Both the position numbers and the translations under genes were made by a program. A stretch of 58,217 nt of DNA from Bacteroidales bacterium (lineage in GTDB: Bacteria; Bacteroidota; Bacteroidia; Bacteroidales; UBA12077): contig JANQHR010000024.1 in NCBI GenBank assembly GCA_028282585.1, positions 1 through 58,217 of the forward strand, in the 5' to 3' direction. Each line of letters begins with the position of its first letter. The first letter of the stretch is position 1. Shown piece after piece: positions 37,489-47,293 of the stretch. The notes below the pieces were generated by a model. The model was not told the origin of the DNA. It was given only the letters and a program-made list of their open reading frames with translations, and searched no databases.

Positions 37489-39444
37489 ATGAACTCCTTA
37501 ATTAAAAAAAATATACTTGGTATACTAACATTATGCTTTTCTGTAATCCCCGCCATTGCTGATAATTTCATTGATGAACCTCAATTAGGCCAAGATGATG
37601 TTTCTGTAGAAATGACAAATATTATTGTTAAAGGGATCGAAACTAATATTAAACTGAATTTTAAAGATCCCGAATTCAGAAAGAAATTTGAAGGATATCC
37701 GGTTACAATTAAAATAAATGATAAACCGGTAGTAGCAAGAGTTATAAAAGGAACTGCAATTTTTCCGCATAAATTTGAACAGAAAGAGAAACTTGTAATT
37801 AAGGTCTCTGATTATACATTTACTAAAAAGGTTGATCCTATACCTTTATGGTTTTCAATAATTCCTCCCCTAATCGCAATTCTTTTTGCTTTAATTTTTA
37901 AGGAGGTATTTACCGCACTATTTATAGGTATTTTAGTCGGAACGGCAACTATGTTTTGGTATCAGGACACTGCTCTTGTTCCAGCCATTTTTAAAGGAAT
38001 TTTTGCCATAGCTGATACTTACATAATGGAAGCTTTAACGGAAAGTGGGCATATGGCCATTATTGTCTTTTCAATGCTTATTGGAGCTATGGTAAACATC
38101 ATTACCCGAAATGGTGGAATGAAAGGAATTGTAAATATTCTTTCAAAGTATGCTAATAGCCCAAGATCAGGGCAATTTGTTACCTGGTTATTAGGACTAG
38201 CCATATTTTTTGATGATTATGCAAATACCCTTGTTGTTGGTAATACAATGCGCCCCGTTACAGATAGGTTAAAAATCTCAAGAGAAAAGCTAGCTTACAT
38301 TGTTGATTCTACCGCGGCACCCATTGCATCTATTGCTTTTGTAACAACCTGGATTGGAGCTGAATTAAGTTATATACAAGACGGAATTAACACAATTGGA
38401 TTAAATGAAAGTGCCTATGGAATTTTCATTAGTTCTCTGAGTTATGCTTTCTATCCTATTTTCGCATTAATCTTTATTTTAATCTTAATTCGAAAACAAG
38501 TTGATTTTGGACCAATGTACCATGCTGAAAAGAAAGCCAGAGAATCAAATTTGGATCTTGTTAATGACGAAAGCACAACTTTTTCGAATAAACTAAACGA
38601 ACTAGAAGTGCCGGATCATATAAAACCCAGATGGTACAATGCAGCTATTCCAGTTCTTATTGTAATATTTGGAACATTTTCCGGATTAATATATACAGGT
38701 TGGGATCAATCGGTTTGGCAAGATTCAGGGGTAACATTTTCGAATAAGATTTCAACCATAATAGGAAATAGCGATTCATACAAAGCATTATTATGGTCAT
38801 CAATTTCCGGAGTTTTAGTCGCAATTTTATTGACTTTATTTCAAAAAATACTTGATCTTAAAACAACAATTGATAGCTTAATAAATGGATTCAGAACCAT
38901 GCTTACTGCAATAGTTATACTTGTCCTAGCATGGTCAATAGCTCTAGTAACTAAACACTTACACACAGCAGATTTTATTTCACAAAGCTTAGTTACCGTT
39001 AATATTGCACCACAGTATATCCCGGCACTAACATTTATTTTTGGAGCTTTGGTAGCTTTCTCAACCGGATCAAGTTGGGGAACCATGGCTATTTTGTATC
39101 CTTTAATTTTACCAGCATCCTGGTTAATTGCACAAAATGCAGGGCTTGATTATGATGGTTCACTCGCTATATTTCATAATGTTGTTTCTGCTGTATTAGC
39201 GGGTTCGGTATTAGGCGATCATTGTTCTCCAATTTCAGACACAACCATTTTAAGTTCATTGGCCAGTTCATGTAATCATATAGAGCATGTCCGTACACAG
39301 CTGCCATATGCACTTACTGTTGGTGGAGTATCTATCGCAATTGGAACAATTCCCTCGGCGTTTGGAGTTTCATCATGGATATTAATTCCTGTAGGATTAT
39401 TAATTTTATTCCTGATAGTAAAATTTGTGGCAAAACCGTATTAG
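37489..39444 (+). CDS. NhaC-family Na+/H+ antiporter-like transporter with an N-terminal exported domain
   Basis: SIIPPLIAI, IFFDDYAN, SREKLAYIVDSTAAP, AFSTGSSWGT, GDHCSPISDTTILSS, HVRTQLPYA; preceded by a signal-like segment and ~95 soluble residues. Confidence 0.88.
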   Translation: MNSLIKKNILGILTLCFSVIPAIADNFIDEPQLGQDDVSVEMTNIIVKGIETNIKLNFKDPEFRKKFEGYPVTIKINDKPVVARVIKGTAIFPHKFEQKEKLVIKVSDYTFTKKVDPIPLWFSIIPPLIAILFALIFKEVFTALFIGILVGTATMFWYQDTALVPAIFKGIFAIADTYIMEALTESGHMAIIVFSMLIGAMVNIITRNGGMKGIVNILSKYANSPRSGQFVTWLLGLAIFFDDYANTLVVGNTMRPVTDRLKISREKLAYIVDSTAAPIASIAFVTTWIGAELSYIQDGINTIGLNESAYGIFISSLSYAFYPIFALIFILILIRKQVDFGPMYHAEKKARESNLDLVNDESTTFSNKLNELEVPDHIKPRWYNAAIPVLIVIFGTFSGLIYTGWDQSVWQDSGVTFSNKISTIIGNSDSYKALLWSSISGVLVAILLTLFQKILDLKTTIDSLINGFRTMLTAIVILVLAWSIALVTKHLHTADFISQSLVTVNIAPQYIPALTFIFGALVAFSTGSSWGTMAILYPLILPASWLIAQNAGLDYDGSLAIFHNVVSAVLAGSVLGDHCSPISDTTILSSLASSCNHIEHVRTQLPYALTVGGVSIAIGTIPSAFGVSSWILIPVGLLILFLIVKFVAKPY

Positions 39445-39445
39445 A

Positions 39446-40012
39446 TTAATTTACAGATTTAAGATAAGAATAAGTTTCATTATAAACTTGATCAAAATAC
39501 TGATCAAGTTTTTTATTTAATCCAATGGCACCTTCGGCAACTTGTTTAGCCCAATCCAAGTACGCTAATTTTCTTTTTTGCTCCCAATTTTCGGGAGGAT
39601 CTTTACGGATATCTTCAATATTACTTATTTTGTCCGCAATCTTTAACTTTTTAGCTCTTTCTGAAAGATCCGGAGTATGGATTACCTGTAATCTTTTACG
39701 TTCTTCAACAGGCAATGATTTATTGTCTGAAACTTCAAGTACAGTAAATAAAACTTCCTCTCCAAACTTACTTAGAATAACATTAGAAAGTGCCTTTATT
39801 TCTTCTTGACTTTTTGTCGTATCTTCAATAACATCATGTAATATTGCTGCAATTAGTAATTCCATTTCATTTTCACCAACATCTGTTAATATCTTAGCAA
39901 CCCGAATAGGATGATTAATATAAGGAATCTTACTTATACCTTTCCTGGTTTGATTTCGATGTCGATCAGCAGCAAAAGATATTGCTTCCAATATTTTATT
40001 TAAATCTTTCAT
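39446..40012 (-). CDS. HD-domain small alarmone hydrolase (Mesh1/SpoT-HD-like)
   Basis: Start moved to ATG 40012; AADRHRNQTRK, PYINHP, LHDVIEDT, KIADKISN. Confidence 0.85.
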   Translation of the reverse strand: MKDLNKILEAISFAADRHRNQTRKGISKIPYINHPIRVAKILTDVGENEMELLIAAILHDVIEDTTKSQEEIKALSNVILSKFGEEVLFTVLEVSDNKSLPVEERKRLQVIHTPDLSERAKKLKIADKISNIEDIRKDPPENWEQKRKLAYLDWAKQVAEGAIGLNKKLDQYFDQVYNETYSYLKSVN

Positions 40013-40048
40013 TAAATTAACAGTGGGAAATAAAAATATAAAAATAAC

Positions 40049-40079
40049 AAAGTTGCCCATTAAAATAACAGGCAACTTT
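40049..40079 (-). terminator. Possible terminator after the glycogen operon
   Basis: AAAGTTGCC...GGCAACTTT hairpin followed by U-rich sequence on -. Confidence 0.5.
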
Positions 40080-40093
40080 CAAATATGTTCTAC

Positions 40094-43000
40094 TTAAGCC
40101 CATTTAACCAAGCAGAAATCCTGACGGTGGGGCAAATTTGGATTCTTTGCATAAATTCGAATTCCCGCATCAAAAACTCCCGGTTCGGTTGGGATTATAT
40201 CTAACTCATAAGTAACTAAATGGTCTTCATTCTTTACTATTTTGAACTCTTGAGTATGCCTAATGGATACTTTGTTACTATCTACGGGTTCTGCCACAAC
40301 TAGTTCAACTCCAATATCATCAGCAGACAATCCATTTAGTTTAACTTCAACTGAAGCAGTATATTTTTTACCAATTACAATTGGTTCTTTGGAAATATCA
40401 AACTGTTTAAGGTTAATAATTTCTAAATTCTCCCAATTGCGTGATACAGCTTTTTTCCAGGATGCTAACTCTTTTGCTAATCGAAAATCTCCTTCTTTTA
40501 CCTTATTAATCCTATCATAAAGCTTATTATAAAACTTGTTTTCATAATCATGCAACATTCTGGTAGTCGTGAAGTTTGGTGCAACCTGGGCAATTGAATT
40601 CTTAATATATTCAATCCATTGTTCAGGAATATTATCCTTATTTAAACCATAATAAGCAGGAACAATTTCATTCTCTAACAAGGTATACATTGTTTCAACA
40701 TCTAACTCATCCTGGTATTCGCTATTTGAATAGGTTTGCTCTTCGGGAAGTGCCCATCCCGCGTTTTTACGATATCCTTCAACCCACCACCCATCTAATA
40801 CACTAAAATGAAGAACACCATTCATTACAGCTTTCATTCCACTTGTGCCAGAAGCTTCCATTGGACGCGTTGGGTTGTTTAACCAAATATCAACACCTTG
40901 TAACATATGCGAAGCAAGTTCTATATCATAATTTTCTAAGAAGATGACTTTACCCATGAACTCAGGACGCTTAGAAACCTCAACTATCTTTTTAATCAAA
41001 TCCTGTCCTGCCCCATCATTTGGATGAGCTTTTCCAGCAAAAATAAATTGAACTGGTCTATCTGGATTATTTATTATTTTACTTAAACGATCGATGTTTT
41101 TGAAAAGCAAATATGCTCGTTTATATGTTGCAAACCGACGCGCAAATCCAATTGTTAATATATCATCTCTTAAATTTTCTTGTATCTCAATAATTTGTTT
41201 AGGGTTATCGTATTTCATTGTGTCAGGCTCAGATAATCTCTTTTTAATATAATCAATCAGATTTCTTTTTTGAGATTTTCTTATTTCCCATATTTTTCTT
41301 GATGCAACACCGTAAACCTTTTCCCAGCATTTGTGATTTTCTTTATCGTCCATGCTGCCTAATTCTTGAGCACACAAGTTTTTCCACTCTGCAGATGACC
41401 ATGTTGGAAAATGCACACCATTTGTAACATAATCTAAGTGCAATTCATTGGGAAAGTAACCTGGCCACAAATCAACGAAAATATCCTTACTAACATCTCC
41501 ATGCAACTTACTAACTCCATTCACTTCTTGTGAAAGGTTTGCCGCTAAGAAACTCATTGAGAACTTTTCTCCCGGATCATTTTTATAAATCTTACCTAAA
41601 TTCATTAATTGCTCCCAACTTATTTTTAACCTGTCAGGGTAATGTGCAATATAAGTTCTTAAAAGATTTTCGGGAAAAGCATCATGTCCTGCCGGTACAG
41701 GAGTATGTGTTGTAAACAGAGTAGAAGAACGGACTACCTCCATTGCTTCAGCAAATGACAACTTTTCATTTTGAATGAGATTATTAATTCGTTCAACATT
41801 TATAAAAGCTGCGTGCCCTTCATTACAATGGAATACATCAGGAATAATTCCTAAAACATTTAAAGCTCTTATTCCTCCAACACCTAATAATAATTCTTGC
41901 TTTAATCTGTTTTCTAAATCTCCTCCATACAAATAATGTGTAATGGTACGGTCTTCCGGTAAATTGTCTTCGAAATCCGTGTCCAATAAATAAAGTTTGC
42001 TCCTTCCCACTTCAATCTTCCAAATCCTGACATAAACGTTTCTACCGGGGAAAACAATAACAACTGTTTTCCAATTTCCATCCTCATCACGTACGGGAGT
42101 TGCAGGTATTTTTGAGAAATCCTGAGGCTCATAGATCGGAATTTGCTGCCCTGTAGCAGAAACCTGCTGCTTAAAATAACCATAGCGGTATAACAGACCA
42201 ATTCCAATAATATTTCTGTTCTCATCACTTGCCTCTTTAATATAATCTCCAGCCAGTATACCAAGGCCTCCTGAATATATTTTTAAAGATGAATGAATTC
42301 CATATTCCATTGAAAAGTAAGCTACTTTCGCACCTTTTGCTTTCTTCTTTTCTAACAAATACTTTTCAAACTTTTGGTGAATTTTATCAAGCTTTTCCAA
42401 AAATTGTTGGTCATTTTCAAGTTCCTGATACCTGTTTAGTGTGATCTTTTCAAGAAATAGAAAAGCATTATGTCCTGTTTCTTTCCATAAACCAGGATCA
42501 ATATTTTCAAACAAATCCAAAGCATCCTGATTCCAACTCCACCAATAATTCCTGGATACTTGGTCAAGAGCTTTTAGTTTTTTTGGAATATTTTTTTGCA
42601 CCATTAATCGAACCCAATTCGGATTACTCATTGAAGGAAGCGATTCAGTAAAAGGGATTGGTTCAACCCTATCATGGTCAAGCAACACATCAACCCTTCC
42701 TTCAACCTTACTTAGAGCTAAATCATATGCTTTATAATAATGCTCGATAAGATTTTTCCATAAAGCAATATTTGAAACATCAGCAGCATTTTCTTTATAG
42801 GATTCTTTCTGCTCTTCATTTAACCCAACGTAATTTGATATGTATCTTGAAATACCCTCAATAACCCGAAGATCATTTGTATCGTTCCGGTCAATTACCT
42901 TGATTCCCGGATGGTCTTGATTATAATATTGATTTACCCATAATCCAAAACCTGCAAGAGTTGTTGTAATTGTTGGAACCTTAAATGCCAAACTTTCCAA

Positions 43001-44341
43001 TGGAGTGTACCCCCACGGCTCGTAATAGGATGGAAATATAGAAATATCCAAACCTATTAGCATTTGATAATAGGTTTTATTGATTAATCCATCATTTCCA
43101 TCAAGGTAACATGGAATAAAAAATAATTTTACCTTGTCCTCTTCTGCATTATTTAAACCTAACTCTTTTGCTTTATTAAGAATAGGATCCGTTTCAGGAT
43201 CAAGTAAATAATGAGTAATATGTTTGTTTTCAATTATTCCGATACTATCACCATCTTTATCCATCAAGTTTTGAAACACGTCTTTTCTGGGCCCATGATG
43301 ACCAGCTGGTACCATAATAAATGCCAGGATATTTTTTTCTAAACTCTTATCCCGATTTAACTTTCCTAAGGATTCCAATAATACATCAATGCCCTTGTTC
43401 TTATATTCATACCTGCCGCCAGTACCAACAATTATGCTATCTTCAGGCACTTTTGTATTTAACAATGCTTCTGAAATTTCTAATAATTTTACTCTTGCCT
43501 CAACTTTTTGAAGATTGAATTCTTCTTCATTTGGAACAAAACTATTTTCAAATCCATTGGGTGTAACAACATCTACATTCTTAGAAAGGAAAACTTTGCA
43601 TTCCTTATTTGTAATATCACTTACCGTAGTAAAACAATCCGCATTAGCGGCTGATAATTTTTCAAGTGATTGTTTAGAGACTACCCCAAATTCTCTTGAT
43701 TTAATTTCAGGGTTGTATTTCTCCATATCATCGTATAAAGGGAAACCATTTCCGGCAATAGACCTTCCTAAAACTGTAGCATGAGTGGTAAAAACCGTCG
43801 CTAATTGTGGGGCATTTGATTTTAAATACAGTAGTCCACTTCCCGTCATCCATTCATGAAAATGCGCAACAACCTTATGGCTTCGGCTTAAAAAATACTT
43901 TGCATAACTTTCAATAACTTTACCTGCCGCATAACCAAACAAAACCGGTTCAATATAATCCCATTGCCCCGATAAAGAATCTAACTTAAATTGCTCCCAA
44001 AAAATCTTAAAGATATAATCTTTTTGAGGCATAAAAGTTGAAAAATCTACTAAGATAGCTATAGGTTCACCTTCAATCTTCCATCGCCCAATTTTAATCC
44101 TTAGGCCTTCCATAGCGGACATTTGCCGCCATGATTTTAACATATCCTTATCTTCGATAAACTCAGGGTGTTCTTCGGTATGCCTTAGAATATCCGGCCC
44201 TATAAATATATGGTTCTGCTTTAACTGATTTTTTAATGTTAAAGCTTTAGTTGCTATTACCGTGTGTATACCTCCTACTTTATTGCACACTTCCCAACTT
44301 ACCTCGAATAAGTTATCCGGGAGATTATATTGACTTTGCAT
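40094..44341 (-). CDS. glgP: Fused GT3 glycogen synthase + GT35 alpha-glucan phosphorylase
   Basis: N-half FEVSWEVCNKVGGIHTV, HFHEWM, GRYEYKNKG, PSYYEPWGYTPLES (GT3); C-half YFSMEYG, YSGGLGILAGD, HCNEGH, FTTHTPV, GFARRFATYKR, EASGTSGMK (GT35). Confidence 0.93.
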   Translation of the reverse strand: MQSQYNLPDNLFEVSWEVCNKVGGIHTVIATKALTLKNQLKQNHIFIGPDILRHTEEHPEFIEDKDMLKSWRQMSAMEGLRIKIGRWKIEGEPIAILVDFSTFMPQKDYIFKIFWEQFKLDSLSGQWDYIEPVLFGYAAGKVIESYAKYFLSRSHKVVAHFHEWMTGSGLLYLKSNAPQLATVFTTHATVLGRSIAGNGFPLYDDMEKYNPEIKSREFGVVSKQSLEKLSAANADCFTTVSDITNKECKVFLSKNVDVVTPNGFENSFVPNEEEFNLQKVEARVKLLEISEALLNTKVPEDSIIVGTGGRYEYKNKGIDVLLESLGKLNRDKSLEKNILAFIMVPAGHHGPRKDVFQNLMDKDGDSIGIIENKHITHYLLDPETDPILNKAKELGLNNAEEDKVKLFFIPCYLDGNDGLINKTYYQMLIGLDISIFPSYYEPWGYTPLESLAFKVPTITTTLAGFGLWVNQYYNQDHPGIKVIDRNDTNDLRVIEGISRYISNYVGLNEEQKESYKENAADVSNIALWKNLIEHYYKAYDLALSKVEGRVDVLLDHDRVEPIPFTESLPSMSNPNWVRLMVQKNIPKKLKALDQVSRNYWWSWNQDALDLFENIDPGLWKETGHNAFLFLEKITLNRYQELENDQQFLEKLDKIHQKFEKYLLEKKKAKGAKVAYFSMEYGIHSSLKIYSGGLGILAGDYIKEASDENRNIIGIGLLYRYGYFKQQVSATGQQIPIYEPQDFSKIPATPVRDEDGNWKTVVIVFPGRNVYVRIWKIEVGRSKLYLLDTDFEDNLPEDRTITHYLYGGDLENRLKQELLLGVGGIRALNVLGIIPDVFHCNEGHAAFINVERINNLIQNEKLSFAEAMEVVRSSTLFTTHTPVPAGHDAFPENLLRTYIAHYPDRLKISWEQLMNLGKIYKNDPGEKFSMSFLAANLSQEVNGVSKLHGDVSKDIFVDLWPGYFPNELHLDYVTNGVHFPTWSSAEWKNLCAQELGSMDDKENHKCWEKVYGVASRKIWEIRKSQKRNLIDYIKKRLSEPDTMKYDNPKQIIEIQENLRDDILTIGFARRFATYKRAYLLFKNIDRLSKIINNPDRPVQFIFAGKAHPNDGAGQDLIKKIVEVSKRPEFMGKVIFLENYDIELASHMLQGVDIWLNNPTRPMEASGTSGMKAVMNGVLHFSVLDGWWVEGYRKNAGWALPEEQTYSNSEYQDELDVETMYTLLENEIVPAYYGLNKDNIPEQWIEYIKNSIAQVAPNFTTTRMLHDYENKFYNKLYDRINKVKEGDFRLAKELASWKKAVSRNWENLEIINLKQFDISKEPIVIGKKYTASVEVKLNGLSADDIGVELVVAEPVDSNKVSIRHTQEFKIVKNEDHLVTYELDIIPTEPGVFDAGIRIYAKNPNLPHRQDFCLVKWA

Positions 44342-44376
44342 ACGTTCTATTGTTTTAGTGTTTTACTTGTTGTTGT

Positions 44377-45768
44377 TTATTTTTTGTTTTTGCCTTTTGC
44401 TGCAGATTTGGCTACAACCTTGCCTTTAGTTCCCTTTTTAAAGCTTTTCGCCTTCACCGCGTTTTCATCAGCTTTATCAACTAACCCTTTTAATTCACTT
44501 AATTTTTGTTCATATTCACTTATCAATTTCTTGATCTCTTCGGGAGGATATGTCGACAATAAGTCTTTATTTTTATTATCCATCACTTCTTTTTCCAGAC
44601 GCACTGTAAAATCACTTAAAACATTCATAAAGTTTATAAATGCCTCATAAGGCGAATCGTATGGATTAAAATATTTATGAACATCACCATCTGAAAACCA
44701 TTTTGTGCACATATAGTAAAAATGGTCACTTGTTTGAAGATATTTCCAATCACGGTTCAGTTCCTCATTTGAAATTATCTTTACTTTATCGATTAAATCG
44801 TATAATTTGTCAAATGCTTCATCTTGAAGGTCATTACCCAACCAGGCTGTTAAATCGCGTTCTTCATCTGCCCATGATATTGGATGAGGCACGTGCATCG
44901 GTGCTATGGGTTGATGTTTCTCTGCAGCTTCCGATGGAGTAAGAAATTCAAAATTTGTTTCCGAAAAAACCTTGTGCGGAAGATGTTTTAAGAAATCAAA
45001 TATTCCTGTTTCTGCCCATTGGTGCTCACCAAAGGTTTCATAATCCATAAACAAATTTATAATCTCTTCCTTTTCGTCGATAGCATTTAACCAGCTTACA
45101 TATTTTTCGGTAGTTAAAGGCCATTCTTCCCAGGCTCTGTTCGAAAATCGAAATGCAATATCATCACTAAGCGTGAAATTCTTTAGCAATAGCTTTAATC
45201 TGGGGTTTACAGCATTGGTATATACGTAATTTGGGCTTTTCCATCCCAAAATATGCTTTGCACCCTCACTTAACATGGCTTTATAACCCATATCTGAAAC
45301 TAATGCACCAATAGCATCGGAATAAATTAACTCCGTATTTCTAAAAACTTTTGGAGTTTGGTTAAAATGCTCTTCTATTTTATTTTTATGTTGCTCTACT
45401 TGCTTTTTAAATTCCGTCTCATTTTTTAAAGCAGATAGTGAATGTGAATAGGTTTCCGATATAAATTCAACACAGCCAGTCTCTGCAAGCCTTTTAAAAC
45501 TTTCTAAAACATCGGGTGCATATTGTTCAAATTGATCTATAGCTGTACCAGAAATTGAGTAGCTTATTTTAAACTCACTACCATATTCGTTTATCAAATC
45601 TAAGAAAAGTTGGTTAGTTGGTAAATAACATTTTTCCGCAACTTTTCTCATTATCGAACGATTTGCAAAATCATCAAAATAATTATGATTTTCTCCTATA
45701 TCAAAAAAACGATATCTTCTTAATCTATAAGGTTGGTGTACCTGAAAGTAAAAACAAATTGTTTTCAT
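44377..45768 (-). CDS. GH57 alpha-amylase-like glycoside hydrolase with a Lys/Ala-rich tail
   Basis: YFQVHQP, ETYSHSL, FRNTELIY, LSDDIAFRF, FMDYETFGEH, SWADEERD, QTSDHFYYM. Confidence 0.92.
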   Translation of the reverse strand: MKTICFYFQVHQPYRLRRYRFFDIGENHNYFDDFANRSIMRKVAEKCYLPTNQLFLDLINEYGSEFKISYSISGTAIDQFEQYAPDVLESFKRLAETGCVEFISETYSHSLSALKNETEFKKQVEQHKNKIEEHFNQTPKVFRNTELIYSDAIGALVSDMGYKAMLSEGAKHILGWKSPNYVYTNAVNPRLKLLLKNFTLSDDIAFRFSNRAWEEWPLTTEKYVSWLNAIDEKEEIINLFMDYETFGEHQWAETGIFDFLKHLPHKVFSETNFEFLTPSEAAEKHQPIAPMHVPHPISWADEERDLTAWLGNDLQDEAFDKLYDLIDKVKIISNEELNRDWKYLQTSDHFYYMCTKWFSDGDVHKYFNPYDSPYEAFINFMNVLSDFTVRLEKEVMDNKNKDLLSTYPPEEIKKLISEYEQKLSELKGLVDKADENAVKAKSFKKGTKGKVVAKSAAKGKNKK

Positions 45769-45787
45769 ATATTTTTTTTATATCAAT

Positions 45788-47068
45788 TTATAAAGCTGTT
45801 TGGTATATTTCATTAATCTTTCTTGCTGCATTTTCCCATTTTAGGTTTAGAACTTCTTCTTGCCCCATTCTTCGGAACATAGTTGGTAAGCCATCATAAT
45901 TCAGCAATCCGTACATTGCATCAGCCATAGCATCGATGTCCCAAAAGTCAATTTTTATTGCATGATTTAAAACTTCTGATACCCCTGATTGCTTAGATAT
46001 AATAACAGGCACATTGGCCCGCATAGCTTCCAAAGGTGAAATTCCAAAAGGTTCCGACACTGAAGGCATTACATAAACATCGCTTTGTAAAAACATTTTA
46101 TTTACATCGTTACCTTTTAAGAAACCTGTAAAATGGAACTTATCAGAGATTTTCAATTCGGCTACTCGTTTAATTATTCGATTTAACATATCGCCGCTTC
46201 CAGCCATTACAAATCGAACATTATGGTACTTTTTTAAAACCATGTTAGCAGCTTCAACAAAGTAATCAGGACCTTTCTGAAAGGTTATGCGACCTAAAAA
46301 TGTAACAACTTTTTCAGAAACCGTTTTTTGTTCGTCATAACCGTTTTTTCTAGAATCAAATTCAACTGCATTATGAACCGTAACTACTTTAGAAGCATCA
46401 ATTCCATAACGGTTTATTACAATATTTTTGGTATAGTTACTTACCGTAATAACTCTATCTGCAGCTTCCATCCCTTTTCTTTCTATGTCGTATACATTTT
46501 GGTTTACATTTTCACCTGAACGGTCAAATTCTGTAGCATGAACATGAATAACGAGAGGTTTATTTGAAACAGACTTAGCCGCTATACCAGCTGCATAAGT
46601 CAACCAATCGTGTGCATGAATAACATCAAAATTGTTTTTCGATGCTAACGCAGCTGCAATTACAGCATAACGAGAAACTTCTTCCATCAAATCTTTTCCG
46701 TACTTTCCTGAAAATTTATATTTAGCTCTAAATATCGTCTTATTTAAAACTGTTTGATCAAGAATGTCAGAAGAAGAAAACTTTTTAAATTCTTCCGGGG
46801 AAACATATGGTATAAGGTTAGAACCTACCTCCATAAATGTAACCTTTTTCCAAAAATCATCCCTGGATAACAACTCCTGGTTAATTTCAACTTCAGAAGC
46901 ATCAACTATTTTTACAACTCTATTGTCTTCGTCGCCATATGCTTTCGGGACAACAAACAAAACTTCTACATTATTTTTAGCTAGCCCTTTTACCAGACCA
47001 TAGCAGGCCGTTCCCAACCCACCGGTAATATGCGGTGGAAACTCCCATCCAAACATTAAAACTCTCAT
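45788..47068 (-). CDS. GT4 glycosyltransferase (glycogen operon)
   Basis: GWEFPPHITGGLG, HAHDWLT, HVHATEFDR, GRITFQKGP, PSVSEPFGISPLEA. Confidence 0.92.
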   Translation of the reverse strand: MRVLMFGWEFPPHITGGLGTACYGLVKGLAKNNVEVLFVVPKAYGDEDNRVVKIVDASEVEINQELLSRDDFWKKVTFMEVGSNLIPYVSPEEFKKFSSSDILDQTVLNKTIFRAKYKFSGKYGKDLMEEVSRYAVIAAALASKNNFDVIHAHDWLTYAAGIAAKSVSNKPLVIHVHATEFDRSGENVNQNVYDIERKGMEAADRVITVSNYTKNIVINRYGIDASKVVTVHNAVEFDSRKNGYDEQKTVSEKVVTFLGRITFQKGPDYFVEAANMVLKKYHNVRFVMAGSGDMLNRIIKRVAELKISDKFHFTGFLKGNDVNKMFLQSDVYVMPSVSEPFGISPLEAMRANVPVIISKQSGVSEVLNHAIKIDFWDIDAMADAMYGLLNYDGLPTMFRRMGQEEVLNLKWENAARKINEIYQTAL

Positions 47069-47096
47069 TATAAAAATGTATTAGTAATAAACCATA

Positions 47097-47288
47097 TTAC
47101 TTTGTAAGCTCTTTTTCCGCTTGCAACCAATTCTCCATTTCACTTCCTTGATTACCTTTCTCATTATAAATCTCAAACGCACGAGCCTGAATTTGTTCGA
47201 AAGACGGTTTTACCTTCTTTGATGTTCTTTTTGCTCTTGTTGTTGTTTTCTTTGTTGCTACCTTTTTAGTTTTTGCTTTTGGTTCCAT
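47097..47288 (-). CDS. Small basic DUF2934-like protein (63 aa)
   Basis: ATG 47288, 5 nt after the debranching-enzyme stop; K/T/R-rich N-terminus, then EQIQARAFEIY..G..G....NWLQAEKEL. Confidence 0.75.
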   Translation of the reverse strand: MEPKAKTKKVATKKTTTRAKRTSKKVKPSFEQIQARAFEIYNEKGNQGSEMENWLQAEKELTK

Positions 47289-47293
47289 ACAAC

